Shown: positions 33,597-41,293 of the stretch, in pieces
How positions within the stretch are numbered: position 1 is the stretch's first letter
Layout of the letters: every line of letters starts with the position of its first letter
Source of the DNA: Pseudomonadota bacterium
Lineage (GTDB): Bacteria > Pseudomonadota > Gammaproteobacteria > Steroidobacterales > Steroidobacteraceae
Assembly (NCBI GenBank): GCA_025355245.1
Contig: JANXZZ010000043.1
Location: 18,016-82,015, forward strand
Reading direction: 5' to 3'
Length of the DNA stretch: 64,000 nucleotides
Notes under the pieces: model-generated
Database searches by the model: none
What the model was told of the DNA's origin: nothing
Seen by the model: only the letters and a program-made list of their open reading frames with translations
Program-made: the position numbers and the translations under genes

Positions 33597-35525
33597 TCAG
33601 GCGATCGTCGGCAGCAGGACGTGCGAAGGACGACCGCGATCGAGGAAGACGGAGTTGGTCGCGACGCGGCTGTCGATCGCCTTGCCTTCTGGTTCGCCGG
33701 TGTTCGGATTGCGGTCGAAGTGTGGATAGTTGCTGGAGGAGATATCGAGCCGGATCCGGTGCCCCCTCTTGAAGAGGTTCGACGTCGGGAACGCTGCGAC
33801 GGTGACGGCGTAGATTTCGCCCGACTTCATGAGCGCGGGATGTTCCCACGATTCCCGGTAGCGGCACCGTAGGATGCCGTCCGTGAGGTTCATCGCGTAG
33901 CTCTGCGGGTAGTCCTCGTTCGGCGGATGCACGTCGATGAGCTTGATCGTGAAGTCCGTGTCGGGACAGTCGGACGCGATCCACAGGCGTGCCTCGATGG
34001 GTCCCGTGACCTCGAGGTCGGCGCCGAGCGGCGCGCTCAGGAATACGAGGACGTCCCGGCGGTCGGCGAGCGCGCGATAGGGCGCCCGAGAGCCGAAGAA
34101 TTGCGACGACTCGCGCTGGTCGAACGCTCCACCGACCATGATCGGCAGGCCTGAGGTTACCGTGCCGCCGATGGTCGGCACCGGTGTCGCGGGGATGTAG
34201 CGAAACGAGCGTTCGGGTGCGTTCGCGGCGGGCAGGTGCTCGCCGAGCGTACCGTCGGCGTGCAGGTAGAAGGGCTTGACGACGGTTCGCGCGAGCGGCC
34301 ACGTCGATTCCGCGCGCCAGCGACCGCCGTGGTCCATGCGCCCCTCGCGCGTGCGCCGGCCTCTGCCGCCGCCCATGACGAACAGGCGCACCGTCGGATC
34401 GTGATCGGCGCCGTTCGGTTCGTCCTTCAGGAACCGGTCGAACCAGCGCAACTTTAGGTCCACGTAGCTCAGCGCGACGTTCCCGGCGAAGGTCGCGGTC
34501 GGCCCGAAGTCGACGTCGCCCGCGTAGCTTTGCTCGCGGTTACCGTGAGTCCACGGGCCCAGGATCAGGTGAATCGGGCTGCGCTTCAGTTTCGAGAGCG
34601 CAACGAAATTGTCCGTCGCGGTGCGCGGGTAGGGGTCATACCACGACGAGATCAGGATCATGGCCGCGTCGCAATAGGCCTCGTAGAAGCCTTTTGCGTA
34701 AATGCCAAGCTGCTTCCAGTAGGCATCGAACTCGCCGTGCTCCCACTGGTCGAATACGTAGTCCTCGTAGTCCGGCACCGGACTCAGCGGGGAGTGCCCG
34801 CGCGTCCACGGCATGCGCGCAAACCACTGCCGCAGGTCGATCGCCTGCATCGCCGCGAGCTTGCTTGGATCGTTTTTGATCTCGGGGGCCTCAAGCGCTT
34901 CGTTGAACGCCCAGGTCACCTGCTTGAGTTCGAAGGCTCCTCCCTGGCGGATGCCGCCCTGGTACGCGTCCGCGAAGCCACCGGAATCCACGACCATCGC
35001 GGCGACGCCAGGCGCGCCGGCGCTCGCGAGGGCGCCCTGCGTGTGTGCGGCGTACGAAAGGCCCATCGTGCCGACGCGGCCGTTGCTCCAGGTCTGGCGA
35101 GTCAGCCATGCGCAGCAATCGTAGCCGTCGAGTCCGTCGCTGAGGTACTTGACGTACTGACCCTGGGACTTGCCTCGGCCGCGGCAGTCCTGAAACACGA
35201 CTGCATAGCCGCGACTCGCGAACCAGGTTGCTACTTCGATGCTGGCATGGCGCGTTCCAGACTGCGACTTGCCGTAGGGCGTTCGTTCCAGGATTACCGG
35301 CCAGCGCACGGCGGAGCCGTCGGCCGGTGCGGCCGGCCGGTACACGTCGGTCGCGAGGAGCACACCATCGCGCATTGGAACCATCAAGTCCCGGTCGACG
35401 GTAACTTCGAGAGTTCCCGGCACCAGCGCCGCCGCCGCGCGCGGCAGCGCGAGTAGCGCCGCGAGCTGCAGGAAGCGCGCGCCGAATTCGCGACGGTCGA
35501 TCGATCGGCGGTCGGTAGGGGGCAT
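33597..35525 (-). CDS. CocE/NonD family hydrolase (S15 X-Pro dipeptidyl-peptidase fold), Tat-signal-like N-terminus
   Basis: ORF 33597..35525. MPPTDRRSIDRREFGARFLQLAALLALPRAAAA. Motifs WPVILERTPYGK and GRVGTMGLSYAAH. Confidence 0.85.
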   Translation of the reverse strand: MPPTDRRSIDRREFGARFLQLAALLALPRAAAALVPGTLEVTVDRDLMVPMRDGVLLATDVYRPAAPADGSAVRWPVILERTPYGKSQSGTRHASIEVATWFASRGYAVVFQDCRGRGKSQGQYVKYLSDGLDGYDCCAWLTRQTWSNGRVGTMGLSYAAHTQGALASAGAPGVAAMVVDSGGFADAYQGGIRQGGAFELKQVTWAFNEALEAPEIKNDPSKLAAMQAIDLRQWFARMPWTRGHSPLSPVPDYEDYVFDQWEHGEFDAYWKQLGIYAKGFYEAYCDAAMILISSWYDPYPRTATDNFVALSKLKRSPIHLILGPWTHGNREQSYAGDVDFGPTATFAGNVALSYVDLKLRWFDRFLKDEPNGADHDPTVRLFVMGGGRGRRTREGRMDHGGRWRAESTWPLARTVVKPFYLHADGTLGEHLPAANAPERSFRYIPATPVPTIGGTVTSGLPIMVGGAFDQRESSQFFGSRAPYRALADRRDVLVFLSAPLGADLEVTGPIEARLWIASDCPDTDFTIKLIDVHPPNEDYPQSYAMNLTDGILRCRYRESWEHPALMKSGEIYAVTVAAFPTSNLFKRGHRIRLDISSSNYPHFDRNPNTGEPEGKAIDSRVATNSVFLDRGRPSHVLLPTIA

Positions 35526-35540
35526 GGCGGTCCGGTCGCC

Positions 35541-35783
35541 TCAGCCCGCGTCCTCTGCGGGGCGGCGCCGCGCGCGGCCGGTGCTGACGACGATGTCGAC
35601 GGATTCCGAGGCCGGGTCGAACAGGATATGCGCGTCCCCACGCTCGAGTTGGCGCAAGACCTGGGCGACCTTTACCCCAAGCTCGACGTCACGCTCGCCG
35701 TATTCGGTGCCTTCGCGCAGCACGAACGACTCGAGGACCGCGCGCAGGATCTCCGGCGAGAGCGCGTCGTGCGGGACCCGCAC
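35541..35783 (-). CDS. YheU (UPF0270) family protein
   Basis: Distal part of ORF 35541..36224. (V)[64 protein letters not shown] parallels E. coli YheU ([30 protein letters not shown]...). The start is uncertain (GTG 35783 or GTG 35822). The stop lies 15 nt before the CocE/NonD start. Confidence 0.7.
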   Translation of the reverse strand: [80 protein letters not shown]

Positions 35784-36021
35784 CGGCGGAGGGCGTTCGG
35801 GGTCGGGCGTGTCCTCAGCCACGCTGGCACCGGCGAGAGGGTTGCGTTCGGCGGGGGTCCGCGAGCGCTTTCGGGAGTTCGTACACGGTAGACATCTTGG
35901 CGGGGGCGTCGACGCGCGTCCACACCCGACGCACAGGGCCATGGTTGGCGGGCGTCCGGGGTACCGGAGTACGCTTTGGGACTGACGTGAACGGGCGAAG
36001 TACCGCCACGCGGGACCCCTC

Positions 36022-36543
36022 ATGGCGCCTGGCGCCCGAAGGATATTGACCGATGACACCGTACCGGGTCTCGAGCAGAGGTCCGTGACGCCCCGAACGC
36101 GATCGACGCTCGCAGGCGTCGTCGTTGGCGGAGTCGTCGCGGGGACCGTCGATATTGGCGCCGCCTGGGTTATCAACGGCCTCGGCCCGCTCGTCATAGT
36201 CGAGGCCGTCGCGAGCGGTCTCATCGGGTCGCCCGCGTTTCACGGCGGTGCAGTCGTCGCGCTGCGTGGCTACCTTCTCCAATGCCTGATGTCGGTGCTG
36301 ATCGCCGGCTGTTATGTTGTCGCCGCCATTTGGCTGCCCGCGCTTCGCACGCGGTGGATCGCCGCCGGCATCGCCTACGGGGTTGTGGTCTTCGCAGTGA
36401 TGAACTACGTCGTCATGCCACTGTCGGCAGTCGGGCACGTGCCTCACTTCGACGTGCGGGCGTTCGTCGAGAACATGGCCGCAATGCTGCTATTCGGACC
36501 GATCGTCAGTTTTTTTGCCCGCGATCCGAGCGGACGCTTGTAG
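36022..36543 (+). CDS. Hypothetical integral membrane protein
   Basis: ORF 36022..36543. Four hydrophobic segments (LAGVVVGGVVAGTVDIGAAWVI, LLQCLMSVLIAGCYVVAAIWL, IAAGIAYGVVVFAVMNYVVM, MAAMLLFGPIVSFF). The start may be internal. Confidence 0.6.
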   Translation: MAPGARRILTDDTVPGLEQRSVTPRTRSTLAGVVVGGVVAGTVDIGAAWVINGLGPLVIVEAVASGLIGSPAFHGGAVVALRGYLLQCLMSVLIAGCYVVAAIWLPALRTRWIAAGIAYGVVVFAVMNYVVMPLSAVGHVPHFDVRAFVENMAAMLLFGPIVSFFARDPSGRL

Positions 36544-36553
36544 AGGAGCCGCC

Positions 36554-36745
36554 ATGACCCCGCCGAATCCGCCCGCCAAGCCACGAAGCAATCCCGCCAA
36601 CCGGTCCGAGCTTGCGGCGCCGCCGGGCGATCCGGCGCTCGATGAAGCGCTCGACGAGTCTTTCCCGGCGAGCGACCCGGTTGCGATTCACATTGATAGC
36701 GAGACACCGGAACCGCACGCGCCGTCGACCTCCGGCAAGAACTGA
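36554..36745 (+). CDS. Small acidic/Pro-rich protein with an ESFPASDP motif, unknown function
   Basis: ATG at 36554 lies 5 nt after GAGGAG and 10 nt after the preceding stop. MTPPNPPAKP...ALDEALDESFPASDPVAIHID.... Confidence 0.6.
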   Translation: MTPPNPPAKPRSNPANRSELAAPPGDPALDEALDESFPASDPVAIHIDSETPEPHAPSTSGKN

Positions 36746-36796
36746 ACCGCGATCGCCGATGCGCGCGGCCCGCCGCTGGCGCGACAGGAGCAAATC

Positions 36797-37477
36797 ATGA
36801 GCAAGGCACCCAAGATCACCGTCACCAAGGACGGCCCCTATCTAGTCGACGGCAATCTGCCGCTCGCTCACCAGCACGTCGTCGTGAACGAAAAAGGCGA
36901 GTCGCTCGACTGGCGCGAAGGCGCCGCCGTCGCGCATCCCGAGTCGTACGCGCTGTGCCGCTGCGGGCACTCGCGCACCAAGCCATTTTGCGACAGCTCG
37001 CACAAGCGCGTGCATTTTGATGGCACCGAGACCGCCAGCCACGCTCCCTACGAGCAGCAGGCCAAGAAGATCGACGGGCCGACAATGGCGCTCGAGGATG
37101 CTGAAACGCTCTGCGGCTTTGCGCGCTTCTGTGATCCGCACGGGCAGGTGTGGAATCTCGTCGGGCAAAGCGATGAGCCGCGCGCCGCCAATCTCGTCGA
37201 ACAGGAGGCCGGCCACTGTCCTTCGGGCCGGTTGCGCGCGAGGCGCGGCGGGAAGGTACTCGAGCCCGTGCTTCCGGCGTCGCTTGGACTCATCCAGGAC
37301 ACGGCACAAGAAGTCAGCGGAGCGATCTGGGCGCGCGGCGGGATTCCGGTAATCGGTGCCTCGGGGTGCGCCTACGAAGCACGCAATCGCGTAACGCTGT
37401 GCCGCTGCGGGGCATCGAAGAACAAGCCGTTTTGCGATGGATCGCACGCGTCCATCCGCTTCACGGACAAGAACTGA
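36797..37477 (+). CDS. CDGSH iron-sulfur domain protein (two CDGSH motifs)
   Basis: ORF 36797..37477. CRCGHSRTKPFCDSSH and CRCGASKNKPFCDGSH. Confidence 0.85.
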   Translation: MSKAPKITVTKDGPYLVDGNLPLAHQHVVVNEKGESLDWREGAAVAHPESYALCRCGHSRTKPFCDSSHKRVHFDGTETASHAPYEQQAKKIDGPTMALEDAETLCGFARFCDPHGQVWNLVGQSDEPRAANLVEQEAGHCPSGRLRARRGGKVLEPVLPASLGLIQDTAQEVSGAIWARGGIPVIGASGCAYEARNRVTLCRCGASKNKPFCDGSHASIRFTDKN

Positions 37478-37533
37478 GCGCCGCAGCCGCACCCAAGTGG
37501 CCGCTCGCGTATCGAGCCGTCGATTCCGGTCGC

Positions 37534-37564
37534 AGCCCGGCCAAACGGTGGGGTTGGCCGGGCT
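37534..37564. terminator. Hairpin between convergent genes
   Basis: 11-bp stem AGCCCGGCCAA / TTGGCCGGGCT with a 9-nt loop, between the CDGSH stop (37477) and the DUF3761-like stop (37610). No clear U-tract. Confidence 0.45.
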
Positions 37565-37609
37565 CTGCGGTTGGATTGAATGCGCCGTCGTTCGCGGCGC
37601 CTCGCTAAG

Positions 37610-38110
37610 CTACTGACACGCCTTGCCGTGGTCCGGGCGATAGCCCGCGGCCTTCGCATCGGCCTCCGTCATGTACTTGCCGTTCTTGGTCTTGCCGTAC
37701 CAACGATCGGTCGAGCAGTGATAGACCTTGGAGCTTTCGTTTCCCCAGACGAGGCCGGGTCCGCCGCCCGGGGCCGCAGTGGCCGGGGGAGTGAACGCGG
37801 TTTTGGCCGCCGGCTTCGCGGGCGCGGTGGCTGGTGCCGGGGTAGCTGCCGGTGCAGTAGCCGCTGCGGGGGCGGCCGCCGGGGCGGTCACCGCCGGGGC
37901 TACGGGGGTCGCCGCAGCCGTCGCGCCGTACCAGTCCTTCACGCCCTTGTGACCGTGGCAGGCACCGCGCTTCGTCGCGCCGGTGTAGTAGGTGCCGTCG
38001 TTGCAGAGCCCGGTGGAGCCGGCGGGCGCCGTAGCGGGAGTCTGCGCCAAGGCGAAGCTGGCGGCGAGGAGGCCGGCCGTCGCGATAATCGTCTTAATGG
38101 ATAGGGTCAT
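37610..38110 (-). CDS. Exported DUF3761-like protein with Ala/Pro-rich linker and C-terminal Cys-containing domain
   Basis: Distal part of ORF 37610..38329, ATG at 38110. Signal peptide MTLSIKTIIATAGLLAASFALA. CNDGTYYTGATKRGACHGHKGVKDWYG (DUF3761 pattern), an (A/P/T)-rich linker, then VYHCSTDRWYGKTKNGKYMTEADAKAAGYRPDHGKAC. Confidence 0.7.
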   Translation of the reverse strand: MTLSIKTIIATAGLLAASFALAQTPATAPAGSTGLCNDGTYYTGATKRGACHGHKGVKDWYGATAAATPVAPAVTAPAAAPAAATAPAATPAPATAPAKPAAKTAFTPPATAAPGGGPGLVWGNESSKVYHCSTDRWYGKTKNGKYMTEADAKAAGYRPDHGKACQ

Positions 38111-38252
38111 GGGGAGCCTTTTACGTTGGTGACTACGATCTGGAATCGCTCTCCCCCAACCGGGAGGAGGAGAGCCTTTCACGAGCTGCGCAAGCTTAAG
38201 AGGACACGGTCGAGGCGCGGCGTCTGTGGCGCTTCCCGGCGCTTGCGCGCGC

Positions 38253-38645
38253 TTAGCGCTTCGCGAGGAGGTTGCGGATCTCCTCGAGCAGCACTTCCTG
38301 ACGGGGCGGCGGCACGGCGACGGCGGCAACCGGCGGCTTCTTCAGGCGATTGATGGCCTTGATCGCGAGGAAGATCACGAATGCCACGATCAGGAAATCG
38401 ACAACCGTCTGAAAGAACGCGCCGTACTTGAGGAGCACGGGCTCGCCCTTCGGGCTCATGCCGATCGCGACGGCGAGCGTGGAGAAATTGACGCCGCCCG
38501 TGAGCAGTCCGACGACCGGCATGATCACGTTCTCAACCAGAGAGGACACGATCTTGCCGAACGCGGCACCGATCACGACACCGACCGCGAGGTCGACGAC
38601 GTTGCCCTTCATCGCAAACTCTTTGAATTCAGACGCGAAACTCAT
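38253..38645 (-). CDS. mscL: Large-conductance mechanosensitive channel
   Basis: ORF 38253..38645. [46 protein letters not shown] is canonical MscL. Confidence 0.95.
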   Translation of the reverse strand: MSFASEFKEFAMKGNVVDLAVGVVIGAAFGKIVSSLVENVIMPVVGLLTGGVNFSTLAVAIGMSPKGEPVLLKYGAFFQTVVDFLIVAFVIFLAIKAINRLKKPPVAAVAVPPPRQEVLLEEIRNLLAKR

Positions 38646-38660
38646 GAGCGTTCTCCCCGA

Positions 38661-39428
38661 TTACTTGATGTTATAGACGACGTTCACCGTCGTCAGCTGA
38701 TCGACCTTTTTCGTTCCCGGTGCCGGATCGCTGTTGTAACGCACCCCGTAGCCGACGCTGAGCGCCAGACGCTCCGACATGCTCACCTGCACACCGAAGT
38801 CGTTGGCGACCGCGGTATCGTTCGATCCCGACTGGATCGCCAGCTTGTCGATGAGCTTAGTCGTCGCCGTAAGTTTCTGCTCAAGATTGACGCCAGCCGT
38901 GATCACCGCGCCGCCGCTCGCCTCCAGCGACGTGCGCACGGTCACCTGCCCGGCGGCATCCTTTGTCAGAGTTTCCGGCCGGAGACGGCGATAGCCGACG
39001 CCGAGCGTCGTCGACAGTTTGGTGTCGGCGCTGTCGAACCACTTGTAGCCAATGCCGGTCGAGAGAGTCGCCTGGTACTGAAAGCCGTCGAAAAGGTCGT
39101 GCTCCGCGTTGACTCCGACGAAGCCGTAGAGCTGCTCGGAGATCTTGCGGTCGAGCTCGTACTGGCCCTCGAGGCGCTCACCGGTCGCGAACACGGCGTT
39201 CTTCCCGTACAGGCCCGCGACGTGCACGATGTTCTTCCACGGGCCGTCCTCGCGCGCAATGTCGAGCTTGGCGTTCATCGAGGTCGAAGTCGAGTTGCCG
39301 CTCGAAATCAGCAGTCCGCCTTCGCCCTTGCCGGTCCAGTCCGCGAGCGCGAGCGGCGTCCACGCCAGGCCGACGAGAGACGTCGCCGCGGCGGCTGCGC
39401 GCCAGGTCCTGAGATCATGATGATTCAC
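38661..39428 (-). CDS. DUF481 (YdiY-like) outer-membrane beta-barrel protein
   Basis: Distal part of ORF 38661..39491. GTG at 39428 follows GGGAAAG. The signal peptide ends LALADWTGKGE. Alternating beta-strand pattern ending in ...NVVYNIK. The stop lies 15 nt before the mscL start. Confidence 0.8.
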   Translation of the reverse strand: MNHHDLRTWRAAAAATSLVGLAWTPLALADWTGKGEGGLLISSGNSTSTSMNAKLDIAREDGPWKNIVHVAGLYGKNAVFATGERLEGQYELDRKISEQLYGFVGVNAEHDLFDGFQYQATLSTGIGYKWFDSADTKLSTTLGVGYRRLRPETLTKDAAGQVTVRTSLEASGGAVITAGVNLEQKLTATTKLIDKLAIQSGSNDTAVANDFGVQVSMSERLALSVGYGVRYNSDPAPGTKKVDQLTTVNVVYNIK

Positions 39429-39868
39429 GTTGTCTTTCCCTAGGTTTTGCCGACCGCGACCCCGCGCGTGGTAACACGTGCGCGACGGCAAGTTGATTGA
39501 ACCGCATCAAAAGTCATCGAGCGCGGGCACCGCGCATCGCTCATAAAGGCTTGTTGTATTTTCCGCTATCCCACCGAGCCCGCGTTCCACCGCGCGGCCC
39601 TGCGTACCAGACGGGTACTGCTAAAGGGCTGGCGCGCAAGCTATACAGGTTGCTTCCCGCAGACAACCCCATGTGCATTAAGAAACCTGTATCTGAAAGC
39701 GATTCAGGCCTCGGCCGTGCCCCAGGACGGGGCATCGATGCTGTTAGAGCGCGGCGGCGGCCTGGCGCGATTGGAATCGAGCGCGCTCTCCGAGATTTAA
39801 CCCGTTGGACAGCCCGGCAACACCTAGGGGTGCGCGGGTCGTGAATCTCGCCCGCCGCCGACCGCGGG

Positions 39869-41293
39869 CTACTTCGAGGGTGACTCCTGCCAGCCGCCGC
39901 CGAGCACCTTGTAGAGCGTGACTCGATTGCTCTGCTCGGCAAGGCGCGTCGTGACCAGCGATTGCCGCGCTGCGTAGTCGCTGCGCTGCGCGTCGAGCAG
40001 CGCGAGGTAGCTGTCCTTGCCGGCCCGGTAGCGCGCATCCGACAACTGAAACGCCGTTCCTGTCGCCGTCGCGAGTGCCTGCTCGGCGTCGACCTGGCGA
40101 TGCAGCGTCTCCGTCAGGGCGAGCGCATCGGCCGTCTCGCGGAATGCCGACTGGATTGACCGCTCGTAGCGCGCGAGGGCGATATCGCGATCGGCTTTCG
40201 CGGCATGCAGGTTGGCCCGCAGCCGGCCGGCCGCAAAGATGGGGAGCGTGACCTGTGGCATGAAGCTCCACGTGCCGGTTCCGGACTTGAAGAGCCCCGA
40301 CAGCTCGCTGCTCGTGCTGCCGACATTGCCCGTCAGCGTGATCGACGGGAAAAACGCAGCGCGTGCTGCGCCGATCGAGGCATCGGCCGCGCGCAGTGTG
40401 TGCTCCGCCTGCCGGACGTCAGGTCGCCGCAGCAGCACCGATGACGGCAATCCCGCGGGCAGCGGTTCGACGCCGGTGACGCCGGAATCGAGCGCCGCGG
40501 GCAGCAACGCGCTCTCGATCGGCGCGCCGACGAGAAGTGCGAGCGCATTCCTGTCGAGGGCGACGGCGCCGTCGTAGCGCGCGGCATCGGCGCGGGCCGA
40601 CTCGACGGTCGTCCGCGCCTGGCTGAGCTCCAGAGCCGACACCGCGCCGAGCGCGTGGCGCTGATCCGTCAGCTTGTACGATGCCTGCTGGCTGTCGAGC
40701 GTCTGCGCACCGAGTCGCTCGTGCTCAATGTCCGCCGCGAGTGTCAGGTAGGCGTTCGCAACTTCGGCGATGAGGCTGAGCTGCGCCGCTCGACGCGCGT
40801 CGGATTCGGCCAGGTACTGCTGCAGCGCCGCGTGGCTGAGACTCGCGACTCGACCGAAGAGGTCGAGCTCGAAGCTCGATACGCCGACACCCGCCGAGTA
40901 GTACTGCACCGTCTCTCCGCCACCCGACGCCGGAAGTCCGAGTTGAACGGGCGAAATGCGCTCCTTGGTCAGCGCCCCGCTCGCGTTGACTTCGGGCAGG
41001 CGCGCGGCACGCTGAACCTGATAGAGCGCGCGCGCTTTTTCGACGTTTAGAACGGCGACGCGAAGGTCGCGGTTGTTCGCGAGCGCAATGCCGATCAGCT
41101 TGCGAAGCCGTTCGTCCTGGAAGAAATCGCTCCAGCCGATGTCCGCAGTGACAGCGTCGCTGGTCGTGGCGGGAATCGGCCACGCGTCGGGGACGGGTAG
41201 CGGCGGCTGGTGGTAGCGCGCTTCGAGGCCTTTGCACGCGCCGAGCGCCAGAATCGCTCCGACCGCGACCGCTGCGCGCAGGAACTTAAGCAT
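39869..41293 (-). CDS. RND efflux outer-membrane factor lipoprotein (NodT/OprM family)
   Basis: Distal part of ORF 39869..41320. ATG at 41293 overlaps the RND stop (ATGCTTAA). Lipobox ILALGAC. Typical OMF repeats. Confidence 0.9.
   Translation of the reverse strand: MLKFLRAAVAVGAILALGACKGLEARYHQPPLPVPDAWPIPATTSDAVTADIGWSDFFQDERLRKLIGIALANNRDLRVAVLNVEKARALYQVQRAARLPEVNASGALTKERISPVQLGLPASGGGETVQYYSAGVGVSSFELDLFGRVASLSHAALQQYLAESDARRAAQLSLIAEVANAYLTLAADIEHERLGAQTLDSQQASYKLTDQRHALGAVSALELSQARTTVESARADAARYDGAVALDRNALALLVGAPIESALLPAALDSGVTGVEPLPAGLPSSVLLRRPDVRQAEHTLRAADASIGAARAAFFPSITLTGNVGSTSSELSGLFKSGTGTWSFMPQVTLPIFAAGRLRANLHAAKADRDIALARYERSIQSAFRETADALALTETLHRQVDAEQALATATGTAFQLSDARYRAGKDSYLALLDAQRSDYAARQSLVTTRLAEQSNRVTLYKVLGGGWQESPSK

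Noticed and set aside
38226-39443. Long plus-strand ORF (405 aa) spanning the mscL and DUF481 region. Similar long antisense or off-frame ORFs occur at 3779..5149(-), 4228..5565(+), 10501..11781(+), 27141..28223(-), 32956..34302(-), 46640..47665(+) and 55975..57231(+).
   Set aside because: Their translations are Arg/Ala/Gly/Pro-rich with no recognisable motifs. Each lies opposite or out of frame to a gene with unmistakable family signatures. Such shadow ORFs are expected in GC-rich DNA because stop codons are rare.
39820-39868. tRNA/tmRNA-like T-arm impression (GCGGGTCGTGAATCTCGCCCGC).
   Set aside because: The loop length and sequence do not fit a T-loop (no GTTCRANYC). There is no acceptor stem or CCA context and no other tRNA arms. 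The adjacent GCCCGC...GCGGGC hairpin abuts the OMF stop codon and is more simply a 3'-end structure.
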